Below are positions 37,031 to 50,414 of a stretch of 64,000 nucleotides of DNA, piece after piece; position 1 is the stretch's first letter, and each line of letters begins with the position of its first letter. Under the pieces are notes generated by a model. It did not search any database. It worked only from the letters and a program-made list of their open reading frames with translations, and was not told where the DNA came from. Origin of the DNA: Squalus acanthias (taxonomy: Eukaryota); the NCBI GenBank assembly GCA_030390025.1, contig CM059434.1, positions 96,472,001 through 96,536,000 on the forward strand, written 5' to 3'. The position numbers and the translations under genes are program-made.

Positions 37031-40000
37031 AAAAAATACACACCTGATTGAACCTGGAACCTTCCCAGTGCGTATGGCTCACTGAATAAACTCGGAGCCA
37101 TTGAAGGAACTATTCCACCGTTTTTATTGATAAATGTTACTTACACATATTTGAGTCCTCATTTCCCCAGTTTTAAGCTTCATCTGCTTCTAGTAGCACA
37201 GGGCAAAAATAGTGGTGGAAGCAAGGATGGGCAAAAATAAATTGCTGCATCATCATTTCTTAAGAAAAAAGTTCACCATCATATCTGGTGTATTTATTAA
37301 TCTTTAATGGGGCCTTGTATGCAACAGAGCTTGTATAAGTTCATGCTTTCCTTAAATAAACCAAAGACTGATAAAGTTAGTTGTTACTGATTAATTCACT
37401 ATACCATGTTTTAGAATAAACAACTAATACCATATGGGGAGTGTGCAATAAAACAGAAACCATAAAGATAGGGAGTACCTTCTAAACAGGTTTTCTCCTT
37501 TGATATTTCTCTCCTTACTCCTCTCCTGAAGGTGGTGACTGATGCTGAGGTACAGTTTGAGAAGTACTGGCTGCCCTCCAGTACCTCACCCAAGTGGCAC
37601 AAGCCTGAGCAGTGAATTAGGTAGACAATTTAACTATGCAGGCCAGCACAACTGAGTCTTATCCTGTTCTCAATGTCCATAAATGCAACTTTCCAGTGAG
37701 CGTTATTGGATATCGAATAGGCGAGGAAACCTTAGCTGATTTTCCTCTTCACTATTTCAGGGACATGTAAGCTAATTATAGTGCCTCTTCTCCTGATGCC
37801 ACCATGGCCTAGATCAGCTATCTGAGCACAGAGTTGGAGTTAACCCTAGACTTTCTTCATCTATATGGCACAATAATACACCACAGAGGCCATTTACCCA
37901 CTGAATGACAGGGTGAGTTTGTGAAACTAATTTGAACAAATCAATTGGAAATCAGATTATTATATGCAAATGCAACTTATACAGTAGATTTTTAACAGGA
38001 CTATCATTAAACCATTACAATAAAATACCTGCAAATGCAGAGACTATTCGCTCCACTCATTGAAACACAATTAAAAATAAACTAAAATGACAGGCCTATG
38101 AGGCAAGACTGAAGTTTCATCATCAATTGTCTATTTGGTATTTATAAAGTCAATCTGATTTCAATAACGACTTAATTTCCATTTATATCTCAGAAGAATT
38201 ATACTAAGCAACATGCAATAATAATTGTTCTAGAGGACAAAGAATGCACAAGAAATAAGCAGACAATTTTTTCATGACATGATTAATATTGCAGCAATTA
38301 GATGCTTTGTGACTGGTTGATCTCATGCTGCAATAGAGCTTTACTTTTCAATACTGCTAGTTCTAAAATGATCGATTTATATTTGTATGAACAGAAGTAT
38401 AATTATTTGGTTTTGCATTGTAATAGATCACTTTTAATAAATGATAAATCCAAATTTTAATCAACATATAGAATAACAATTGAGTTGGAGAGTGCTGCCA
38501 GATTGCAACAAGATGAATTTTGACAGGAAAAATGGCCTTTTCTTGTTTTGTTTCTGCCTCCATATCTCCTTTCTCATGTAATAGAATCAAAGGGTTCAGA
38601 TAACATTACATAAACCAGAGAAGTGGAGCTCAAGCAGTTTATTAAAAAAAATCACTGGAACTACTCAAGATGTGTTACAGTTTCTAACTCCCTATCGAGT
38701 TTTTTCATTTGGGTTGGTTTCATTTGCTACTGTCACCCAATACCACCTACAGCTGCCACAGCATGCAGTGAGACACTAGCAAAGGACTGGCAGACAGGGG
38801 GAGATGTAGGTTTTTTCCCCCGGTGTTTAACATGCATATTCAATGTAGCATAGATATTACATTTACATTGCGTTGGAATTAAGTAATCATACATCAGTAC
38901 GTACCAGCAAGCAATAGGATTAATCACTGTCCTTTTGGTGTTGGCTGAGCTTCTGTTCCTTGGGTCATTCAATGCCTTAAGCCCTCCCTCTCTAAAAGCA
39001 AAGCTTAGGAATTTATACCGTATACATTCTCTGATCATGGATTTGGGTACATTGGGTACATCTTTCCTCTCAATGTTTTCTTATTTTTCCTTTGGTATCA
39101 TTACTGCTATCCTGTATGGCTTTTTTCTTGAGCTGTGAGGATAGAACGTCTCACTCTGGCAGCTGTGAATGCTGCTTCCCGATCGGCTGACAGTTGGTAA
39201 TGCTTTGTCCTCTTGAGACACGGTGCTGTGCATGTGTGCAGTGCTCCGTGGACCAGCTGAGAACTGGCAAATCTCACCCAGTGAGTGCAGGCGAGCTTAA
39301 CTGACAGCCATGTCTGGGATTTAAACTCTCCATCCCCCACACTGGAGCTTTCCTTTCCTAAATAATTGCAAAGAAACTTTTAGACATGGTCTGCTTTCCT
39401 TTACATTTTGTGGATTTCCATCAATAAGCTACTGTTTGTAAACATGAGGGGCCATTAAGGGTACACTGCACTAAGTAATTTGGGATGTCCTGAAGACATG
39501 AAAGGCACTTTATAAATGCAAGTTCTTTCTTTTCTTTATAATTGCAGCATTAATGTGAAGCAAAATTGCTTTGCATCGATGCTATAGTTGTAGTGTAAAT
39601 GCATCCTAAGATTTCTTTAACTCACTATTGAAGCAGTCTTTGATTTCCAACTGTGAACCAGAAGCTGTCATTTTTCTATTTCACCAGTTAGTTTAATTTA
39701 GTTTCTTTCTCTCTCTTGGAAACTGACAGCTATGGGCCAAAGAGGAATTGCCCAAATAGTGTCACCAAATGGATAAACAGAGTGCATTTTCAATCCTTAA
39801 CTGGGGACTAAAGCCAACTAGGTGCACAGAATGAATGCTGCTCCAATGGTAGCCATCTGTCCTGAGAAGAAGTTTTTCAGAATTTCTCTGCCAGTACAAT
39901 TAATGGCACAAGGGAACACGGTACTAAACATTCCAATAAAGTAATGAGACTGAAAAGTTAAATCTTGAGATTTCAATACAATTTCTTATGAGTTAGATGC

Positions 40001-41334
40001 TACTGGCTTCAATTATTTTTTCTTAGAAGACAGACTAAAAAATGTACTATTCATTTATTTGTTTGTGAACAGAACCATCTGATACTCCAGTCTTCCATTA
40101 CTTTGACACAAGCCGCAAATTTTGCAAGTAAAGTATTTTAACGTACAGTTCACTTAGTGAAAGAATGACGAGTTTTTTAAAGGCATTTTATACAAAGTTG
40201 AAAAAAAATCTGCTAATATCTGAAACTTTAATTAGATCATCAAGAGCAATGGCTGAGACTAATGTATTTTCATAAGAACATAATTTTACATGCTAAAAGT
40301 CTTAGTATTTATGAATATTCTAAAACCAACAATTCATAATGATAAAATAATTTATTTTATTAAAGAATTTATTCTAACCCATCAGAGATGATCACAGTTT
40401 TCCTTTTAAATTACCTTAACCAAAAAGTTGTTTTAAATGCCCATTGCATTTAATTGCTGCCTGTGGTAGAATTATCAACTCCTTTTTATTGAGGAATCAT
40501 CACTCCATAAACACCTGGAGCCAGCAGTGCCGTAAGGTTCTTTTATGCTATGAAGCTGCAGGTGACGGCAAATGCATGGCTCCTTCACCCTCAACTGCAT
40601 TTTGAAATATAAACTGCCTGACTTACCTTGTTCTGGTGATAGCAGAGACCCACTGTGAACTCCCACCTGATTCACTGACCTTACTTCTGCTTGGTGTCTT
40701 ATGCAGAATAACACTGGTTAGAACATAAACAATGGAAAACAGCACCTGGATGATTACATAATGATGCTCTCCCGAAACTAGCTGCAACATAAAACCTCTT
40801 CTAGATATTCTACCACATGTCCGAACGACTGGATTAAGGATTTGTTCCTTAATGCTTAAAGGGGCATCGTCAGTCTACTGGGCACTGGAGAGACGGCTGA
40901 GTATGACAGCAAGAGATCAGAACAGCAAGCTTAGTATATAGCATGGCACCAGAACGAGGATCTGCTCTGATCTTTTCACCAATGCTATTTTGACGTAATC
41001 CATGTGACGAACGTCTGACTGAAACTTTTCAAAAGCACTGTTTACAACAGTCTCACAATTTGTCTCCGTTCTGGATATGGCCAAATAATGATTATCCAAA
41101 GAGTTAATTCTGGAGGACAGCATCCTTTAAGTCCGATCTTATCCAGATTACTAAATGCATCCCATTCAGTGTCTGATGAAAAGCATAACAGTGCTAAATA
41201 GTAATTTGGTAAATTCAAAAGAATTACTTGGTTAAAAAAGGGACGTATTTCAGCTTAATGCTTACAACAATTTTATAGGTGATATATACCTTACAGGTCC
41301 AAAACAAAGTTTTAAATCTAAAAGGCTCTCTTAG

Positions 41335-42130
41335 AATCATAGAACTTTATAGTACAGGTGGTTGTACTTCAGCCCATCGCTCCTGTGCTAGCTCTCTGAA
41401 AGTGCTATCCAATTAGTCTCATTCCCCAGTTCCTTTATCTTTTTCTTTTTCAATTATTTCTCCACCTTCCTTTTTAAAAGCTATTATAGATTCTGCTTCC
41501 ACCATTATTTCTGACCTAACAATCCTCTGTGTCAAAATAAATCGCCTACTCTCTCCCTTCATTTTTCTGGTGATATTCATAAATTCATGTCTTCTCATTA
41601 AAAACTCATCAACCAGTGAAAATAGTTTTTGCCTATTTATCTTATCAAAATCCCTCTTAATTTTGAACATCTCTGTCAGATTGTCTCCTGGCCTTCACTG
41701 TTTTAGTGATAAGAGCCCCAGTTACTTTAGTCGCTCCTCATCCTTGATATCATCCTAGTAAATCACTTCTATACCCTTTTACATGACCTTCCCAAAATAG
41801 GGCACCATAAACTAGGCCATTTAAGAGCAAAATCAGAAAGCACTTTTTCACACAAAGGGTAGTAGAATTCTAGAATTCTCTCCCCCAAAAGGCTGTGGAT
41901 GCTGGGTCTTTTGGAGCTTTCAAGATGGAGATCGATAGATTTTTGTTAGGTAAGGGTATCAAGGGATATGGAGCTAAGGCGGGTAAATGGAGTTGAGGTA
42001 CAGATCATCCATGATCTAACTGAATGGCAGAACAGGCTCGAGCCCTGAATGGCCTACTCCTGTTTCTATGTAACTGCAGCCGAACGAATGATTTATATTG
42101 GTTTAGTATTACCTCTTTGCTTTTGTACTA
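41335..42130 (-). mobile_element. CR1 LINE fragment with a second CR1 3' end nested in the opposite orientation (about 41815-42070, + strand)
   Basis: ORF 41419..41670 resembles the CR1 ORF2 C-terminus; the inner piece matches 56660-56915. Confidence 0.75.
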
Positions 42131-42627
42131 TATGCCCTGATTGATAAAACTAAGGATCTCACATGCTTCCTTTTACAGCTTTATCACCTTGCCACACCCA
42201 CACCCACCACCCCTCACGACTTTTATTTAGAATCACTTTATACACAATTACTTTTCTGGAACTACTGAAAATAAACTGATTCCAAATAAAATTAATCAGA
42301 TTTACATATTTCAGAGGCTACCCCCTAGTTAAGCCCACATGCTTATATGAGCGGACATTACAAGTGACAAAAATCAGAAAAGCGTGCAGCAAAGCTGGAC
42401 TGACTTGTTTATTAATATGTACCACAATCCTACCTGTGAATTATAGTTTTTAATGCACTGAAAGTCATGAAAGGTCTTACCTATTTCATTGTAACTAAGA
42501 GTTCTTTTTTTCTTCATCTCTCACATATAATTCCTGTTTTATTCATTTCTACGAAAATGTAGAGCTACCAGTTAGAGCCTGACATACGCTGTTCCTAAAG
42601 TATGTTGCCATCCATCACAGACAGTAA

Positions 42628-43477
42628 GGCTGGAATTTTGCCGGTGCTCAGAGTGCGAGTTTGGAGGCGGGACCGCTGTCAACCCGCCTCCAATCAATCT
42701 TCCCAAGTGTCGGGTCCCCGATTTGCGCATGGACCCGACACCTAGTGACGGGAAGAGGATTAAAGCCACTTACCTTCCTGTTAACAGGTACTTGATAGTT
42801 GTTAACAGGCTATTTTTCAATTTTGACGCTTCTGCCTCGGGGTTCACGACGTCCGGACACCACGCCAGGTAAGTGTGGCGTGTTGTGAGTCTGGTATAAT
42901 GTTTCTGCATTGATGACAGCTGTAGAAGTGGTATGAAGGATCCAATGGTGCACTGGTGAGTTTCAGAGGTAAGAAAATGTTGGGAAAATCATTTTAATGC
43001 ATTTACACTTTTCTGTAGGTGACAAGTTTTGAATTGGATGTCTAGTCACACCTCATTAGGAGAACCTCTCTCACCAGTGACAGATCGCTTCTGTAACCTC
43101 ACCTGCAGCTGCCATCTGTTATAGCCTATGGAGGGAGTCATTGGAGAGCCTGGGTACAAGAGCTCACCTTTGTACAGTGATTGTCAGTGTTTGCAGCACC
43201 TCAATGCTGTGAAACACTGAGAAATGAGCTGTCAAAAAAAAATTGTGCGTGGTCCCTTTAAGAAAACCAACAGATGACGCGTCATCAAATGACGTGTCAT
43301 CAAATGACGTCATCTGACCTGCTTCCTCTTAATTGGCTGGCAAGCCCGCAGGGCGGGCTTAACAAGGTCAATCAAGGAAAAATCACATCCGTGGGCCGGA
43401 TGCAGTTGGAGGCGGGACTGGAACCCGGAAACCAGCTGACCCGCTCCCAAGCCGCATCCATTTACAAAATCGCGGCC
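42628..43477. mobile_element. Non-autonomous PIF/Harbinger element
   Basis: TIRs GGCTGGAATTTT...AAAATCGCGGCC, TSD TAA/TAA and GGAGGCGGG motifs; related to 1671-2471. Confidence 0.8.
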
Positions 43478-43844
43478 TAAGTATTGCTAAACTATTTAGC
43501 ATGGGAACCATCACAATCAAGACCAATCCTGTCCTCATATGGCATCCAAATAAGTGTAGCAGGGACACTGACTAGTTAACAGGACAAGGAATCCTGGCTG
43601 ATTTTTCCCCTACCTGGCTCAGATACCAATTGTTGTATCTCCATCATCACTCAATTAACTCAGCATAGACTAGGAATTATCTGTTTGGCTCAGTACCACA
43701 ACAGCCAATCTATTTAACCCTCTCTACTAGAGGCTGGAAGAACAAATTTTAAATTCTGTAATGAATTAACTGCGAATATTACAGGCCAAACTTTTTTTTT
43801 TAGTTGTTCTTTCTTTAACTAACTCTAAAACGACACTGATGACA

Positions 43845-44512
43845 CCCAGCGCTACCTCACAGCCACCTCTCTCGATCCCTCCACTGCCTATGATTTGTCA
43901 CTCTGCTTGTCTGATATCCAGTATTGGATGGGCAGAAATTTCCTCCAATTAAATATTGGGAAGACCAAAGCCATTTCTTCAGCCCCCGCCACAAATTCCA
44001 TTCCCTAGCCACCGATTCCATCCTCCTCCCTGGCCACTGTCTGAGGCTCAACCAGATTGTTCACAACCTATTTGACCCTGAACTGAGCTTCCGACCTCAT
44101 ATCCACTCCATCACCAAGACTGCCTATTTCCACCGCCGTAATATTGCTGGTCTCCGTCCCTGCCTCAGCCCAGCTGCTACTGAAACCCTCCTCCATTCTT
44201 TTGTTACCTCCATACTTGACTATTCCAATACTCTCCTGGCCAGCCTCACATCTTCCACACTCTGTAAACTTGAGCTCATTCAAAACTCTGCTCTGCCTAT
44301 CGTAACTCACACCAATCCCCGTTCACCCATCACCCCTGTGCTCGCTGACCTACATTGACTCCTGCTCCTGAAAACCTATCTCATCGACCAAACTTTTGGT
44401 CACCAGTCCGAATATCTCCTTATGTGGCTTGGTGTCAAATTTTGTCTGATAACGCTCCTGTGAGACAGTTTACTACATTAAAGGCACAACATAAATGCAA
44501 GTTGTTGTTGTT
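43845..44512 (+). mobile_element. L2-clade LINE 3' fragment
   Basis: ORF 43924..44358 contains DPELSFRPHI..ITKTAYFH.RNIA.LRP.L...ETL.H.FVTS.LDYSN; L2 tail present. Confidence 0.92.
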
Positions 44513-47500
44513 AAACTGCTGAATAAAACAAACTGCAGATGGTTTGCACAGCAAAAGTGAATTAAAATAAAATGGAAAATAAATATCTTCTTTTTTCAAG
44601 CTTTGCTTACAGTTGTCACAGTTTAGACATAACAATTTCCCCTAATTTTTAACTGACAGTGTCATTAACAGTACAATCACACGATGTCTTGGTGGAATTG
44701 CAGTTGCTTCAGAACTGAGCTGAAACAATTTTTTTTTCTTCATTAACATATTAATCAGTTTTTCTTCTGAGGATATACTTCTTTCTCTCCTTGTTCTACT
44801 TTCTTCTCACTTTTGATCTCCCCCAGCGTTATAGGTCGTGTGACTGTGAATATGGGCAGGGCTCTTCGCTTCTATGAATGTTTCTGGGAATGGAGCCGCC
44901 AGGAGATACTTGTGGGAAGGTGTCTGACCTTTGGCTAAGGAGCCTGACCTCCACACATCATGTCCCCACAGCGACACAGCTCAGATCACTAACTCTGCAG
45001 AGTGGGAGATCTAAGGAAAATCAGGATGATGCACATTGCTGATCTAAATACACTATACTACCTAATCTACTCCGCCATACCACAACATGGTCAATCAACT
45101 ACAGTAGTATTTCATTAGTATACGAAATTCCATATTTTAGCAGACTGTGGAATAGTTGGTAAGTTATAATATTCATTTGATAGCAAATGCAAAGCATAAA
45201 TTTGCCATGTTTTATCATTTGTAGAGAATGAGGCAAATAATAAATTACCAAACTGGTTATGCATTAAATCATAATGTATGAATAAAAAATGGAATAAGTT
45301 ACCCTATCTTTACTTTTATAACATAATATACTCGGGAAAACAACTGAGTGTAGACAATTGGAACTTAGAGGAGAAAGCTTGGATATAAAAACAAAACTTA
45401 GCTAAATGAACTTTAGTTAAATGAGCTTAAAAATTGCATCCTTCTTTTAAAAAATCCATTATACCCACTCTGTGTTGATATGAACTTTAGTTAGAACAAT
45501 CACACGGATTCCCAAGCCAACCTATCAAACACCACAACAATTGATGAGCACTAGCTGGTAACTAATAGTTCTAGCTTTATACTTAAACTGATTTGTGCTC
45601 ACTCATCCAATGTATTATTCAATAGCAGGTAAAACAAAACGTATTTATTTTCAATCACCACTTCAATTAAGAATTCTTTTAATAAAGTGTTGCTGCTACA
45701 ACCTGTTCAGTTCTTAACACATAAAATGTTCCACGATTCCTTTTTGCTTTATTGACAGGGAGAGGCATCAAGGCAGAAAACTAGTGATTGTTCTCTGAAC
45801 TATGTTCAAAATTTGAAGTCAAATTATGCCAAGGTCTAATCAATAGCAACAATCACCTATGCATATGTTTTTTAATAGAGAAATTCATAATGCGGTTCAT
45901 CAAATAGCTGTTTTTCAGTGTTATTTATATGCTGTACTGTTTGCTCTTGAAATATGCTGAATGATCTTACTACATATGACAGCAGAACGGGAAGTGCTAG
46001 CTCGCTCCCTATGTAAAAGATGTATACCATCACACTACTAGGGTACTGTCCCTTCTAGCAGAAAACGTAATGACAATGATGCGTTATTTACGCACACTCT
46101 GCAGTTAAATACAGCTGAGATACTTGCATTACTTTTCTTAACTGGAAGTGTACAAAGAAGCAAGTAATGTAAAACAATCAAGAAATAAAGATAGGGAGAG
46201 ACTACAGGCTCCAGATCTCTCATCTGCTTTCATTAGCTGAAACAATTTTCCCTGCCTTTACTATTATTCAAAACCTGCAAATCTGTCTTATTTTTCACCT
46301 TCCATTTTATAGACCATTAAATGCAATTAAGCATCTCACAGTTTCTAAAGTGAACAGTTAATCTGACTCACCTGACCCCAAAGCACTAGTGGAATTATGC
46401 AGAATTCCCAATCCTCTCTCAGACAGCAAAGATCTGCAGTCGAATACTGGCTTTCTGAGCACCTTGCTCTGATGCGTCATACCACACCAAAGCATCAGAG
46501 GAAAATCAGATTTGCATTATTTTTTTTTATTCTGACAAAGGCTTAAGACATAAATACGGCTGTTTTGGCTAAGGGTCAATAGTGAGCCAGCCCTGCATCA
46601 GTTTTACTGCCGTAACAAGTCTATCAATTCTTCATCAGCACAGACTTTCTCGACTGCATCGGTGTTTTTTTGCAGTCACGTTATTATGGATATTCTGTCA
46701 CATAAGGAGTCAAGCTGCTACACTCTGATTCACAACCCAGATGACTGGATACCTTTGCTTACACCGACACTAAGAAAGGCAATTTATTCATTATACTGTA
46801 GTTTCTTTTGTCTTCCAGCCACAACTATATTTAGTGCCTTAAAAGCTTGATTAGTTAAATGGAACAAGAGATGCCACTTCCCCATCCATCGTAAAAGAAA
46901 ATCCCATTGCATCTGAAAGATGTACTGTGAATAATCTGGAATAAGGGCCATCAATTCTACAGCTGCCAAAAACCAACTTCCTGCAAACATCCCTCAAATG
47001 GTGGCCAATTAAAGTGCTTCCAGAGACAATGCGAGGACTACCGAACACCACAGATTGCTGCAAGACTGAAATAGCTTGCCTCCTACAGCCAATTAAGACA
47101 CCCTAAAGCACTGCATTAGTTTAACAGATGCATGCATGAAAGGCTGACAATAATTCCCAGTGACCTTTTCATAAGATACCACAAAAGAGAGAGAAGGAGC
47201 AGCATATTCGAAAGAGAAGAAATGCACTATTTTGTTTAAAATAAGAAATGGAGGCTGGTTAGAACACTTTCATTTTCACAAACCTAGCCAAGTCAGGAGC
47301 TAAACCTTTTTATTTTGTGCGGAGAGTAAATCTGAAAGACTGGACTATTAAATGCTGTAAATTGGGAATAGAATTTGCTAATGAAAGTCTGTTCTTTGCT
47401 ATGCTACAATTACCATAGCAACTTTCAGCTGTCATAGCAACCATTTAAAGATTCTCCATTTTAAAATACGCCGACTAAAATGACACCTAATAATTGCTGT

Positions 47501-48258
47501 CAATGCTAAGCGCCATTGATTTTAACTCTGGATAAGGTTCTTCTTTCAAACACATGAGATAATGAACTGCATTTTTGTTTATCTATACATCTGCTATACC
47601 TTGTAATGCATCAAATAGAATGATGTGATACATTCTTGATGTTACTCATACTTTTGTGGATCCAACATGACACAAACATATGGAATAAGTTAGCAGGGAA
47701 AGATATTGAAGGTAATAGTTTTTAACAGGATCAAGAGACAATTAGATTTGTTTCTGGAAATAGAGGGATATGGTAGGGTTGATAATGAAAAGAAAAGGTG
47801 GGCTTGTTAGCTTAAAACATTCTTAGCTGCTCCTAAAAGTTCATTTGTTTTTCTCTGCTTATTTGTGTCCAATTTTTTAAAATTGGAATTTTATTGAATA
47901 ATTTCACAAATTTAAAGAGATCTTCTTGTTTGATTGTGCTGAAGACATGTAACACATTTCCTACTGTGGTGTTCTGAACCATCTATAGTAATTTAAAAGA
48001 CTGCTAACCACCTTGCAACCTCTCTGGAACTGAACAAACGGTCTGCTGCAAGTTTTACAAGGTACGTGAGCTGTACAAAATTTTATGCAGAGTAACTTCG
48101 AGGCCTGTCCAAGGTTTTATGGCTCTGGATAAAGGGGAGTTTTGTGAGAAAATGTTCAAAAGGATTTGACAAGAGAAGTACAAGGTAGTGAGCAACAAAT
48201 CATTACGCACAGTGAAGTCTCAGTGCAATTGACCCTACTTAAAGAATGGTACACACAG

Positions 48259-48727
48259 GGGGGGGGAGAAATTCAGTATCGCCCCATTTGGGGCGCTAAT
48301 TATCGCCACCGACTGCAAACTTGACTTTTATCGCCCCTGGAGGTGATTGGAGCGCTAAATCAGGCGCTTCACACCTGTCTTAAGGCGCAAAGGCCGAGGA
48401 GCGAGGTGCTACCTCAGAGCGCTGGCGAAGCTCATGTGATGTCAGTCAGCAATGGAACACACACACAATGGCACGGGCCAGTTCTTAAAGGGGATGGTTA
48501 ATCTTGCTTTCCATCCACATCCTGCTCATTGCAGCCTTGAATCTCGGCCTGGAGAGACCTGCACATCAAATCTGCTGGAAAGAACAATGGAGAGTACCAG
48601 GCAAAGAGCTCAGAGTGCAGCCCCCACAGTCTCTTCTAAATCGATACAAGGAATGGCAAATCAAAATGAACCTGCAAAGTGCTGCTCAGTACCCAGAACT
48701 CCTTCACACAACGTTGAATCTCTCCAG

Positions 48728-48758
<31 letters not shown>

Positions 48759-49128
48759 AGAATGCGTAGTTCAAAAATGGCACCAACAATAAAAGGCAGG
48801 AAGCGGTCACCTTTAAATAGCGCTCCCCCTTTCCCTTCATGACTGCAGAACGCTCCCCTCAACCTGTCGTTGCTAGCGTCAGGCGGTAAGGCAGGGGGCA
48901 CCACTCAATATCCGCTCCGGGGCGATACCGGGGCGTTGCGCACTCGACTGACGTCACGATCTGCCAGCGCAGGAGATCGTGGCGGTAGTGTTTAGCGCCG
49001 CCGCAAAATGTCTAGTTAATTTCGCGAGCGGCGCAAACTTCACCGCGCCTGGGCGCTAGATGCTTTACGCCCCATTAGCGCCCTCTTAGGGCGCTAACGG
49101 GAGGCGCAACCAACTGAATTTTTCCCCC
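48259..49128. mobile_element. MITE (TAGCGCC class), second copy of 29807-30678
   Basis: TIRs GGGGGAGAAATTCAGT/ACTGAATTTTTCCCCC, TSD CAG/CAG and an internal (CT)n tract. Confidence 0.92.
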
Positions 49129-49224
49129 CAGGGTCTCAGTAAAGGAGGCTGGAAAATGCACACCATTTGAAAAATGAAGTTATCAAAATATGCATTTTGC
49201 TGATAATGTTTGAAATTACAGAAC

Positions 49225-49320
49225 CAAGGCGAGTCGATGGAGTTAAGATACAGATCAGCCATGATCTAATTGAATGGTGGAACAGGCTCGAGGGGCTGAA
49301 TGGCCTTCTCCTGTTCCTAA
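49225..49320 (+). mobile_element. CR1 3' end
   Basis: gatcagccatgatctaattgaatggtggaacaggctcgaggggctgaatggcc. Confidence 0.8.
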
Positions 49321-49489
49321 ATCACAGATATGAGTGGAATGGGACTCATTCTCCCCCTCATCCATACATGCTAGTTTACCTAATCCATTAATTGCATCAA
49401 TTATTGAAATAGTCCCAGCATACCAACCCCAAGTGAAAAATTTCAATATTTTAATGTAGTAAAGTATGGCAAATGAGAAAACACAATAA

Positions 49490-49865
49490 GAAAAAGAAAA
49501 GAAAGGCACATTTATATAGCATTGTTAAAATGTCTTTGTGGTTCACATTAATGAGTTAATTTTTGTAGTGCAGTCACTCGTTATGTAAGCCAGAAACATC
49601 CCACATAGAGCAGTGCTGTGAATGACCAGTTTTTGGCGGTGCTGGTTGGGGGAGGAATGTTTCGCAGGACACGGGGAGAATTCGCTGTTCCTCCTCAAAT
49701 ATTGCCATAGGATCTTTAACATCTGCCTGAGCAGGCAGATAGGACATCTCATCTGAAGCATGACATCTCTAATAATGCAACAATTCCTCAGTTCTGCACA
49801 GGAGAGTCAGCCAGATTATGAGCTCATTGGTGTATGGATATCGTCCCTGAAGTGGCCTTGAACTC
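49490..49865 (-). mobile_element. Deu-domain SINE (SacSINE1-like)
   Basis: Reverse-complement similarity to 61485-61925. Confidence 0.7.
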
Positions 49866-49868
49866 ACA

Positions 49869-50414
49869 GGCCTGGAAATTGGATTGCGCTTGAATGGCCA
49901 TGCGATCCCGGTGCAGCACATTCTACAATGAGGTTGGCGGCAGGACCACAGCAGCTCTGGTCACGGGCAGCGCCGGGGGCTGGCGGCGGAGGGAGCGAAT
50001 TCGGCTGACTGGGACGCTGGCCTCGGGCGAGTCCTGGGGCCGGGGGGGGGGGAAGGCACAATTCAGCTAAGTATTTTGTTAAAAAGCCTTTCATTTTAGT
50101 GGCAGCCTCCAGCGGTCTCTATAAGAATCGCTGGTTAGGCCCCACATAGACCAGGTAACCTGCCGCGTTCAGAGTTAACCAATTCCCAGTCTGGGTCCTA
50201 AAACAGGCGTTATAGACACCATATCAGCATATTCAAAAGGCCTAATGCCTGTTTTAGACAGCCGCCAAAAGGGCACCTCTACAGCACCCCAACCAATATG
50301 ACGTCAGACATGTTTCCGGCATTGTTCAGGCGAGAGGTTGGCCCCCTAAATTGAACCTATTTGCACCCATTTTCCACCTGCAACATATGTGCACCAAGGT
50401 CCAATATCACCCCC
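49869..50414. mobile_element. Harbinger-type MITE
   Basis: Imperfect TIRs GGCCTGGAAATTGGA...TCCAATATCACCCCC, flanks ACA/ATA, GC-rich. Confidence 0.65.

Noticed and set aside
40626-41123. Extra coding exon (strong AAG|GTAAGT donor near 40626 and ORF 40917..41123)
   Set aside because: There is no homology, no clear acceptor and no frame linking the ORF to the donor.
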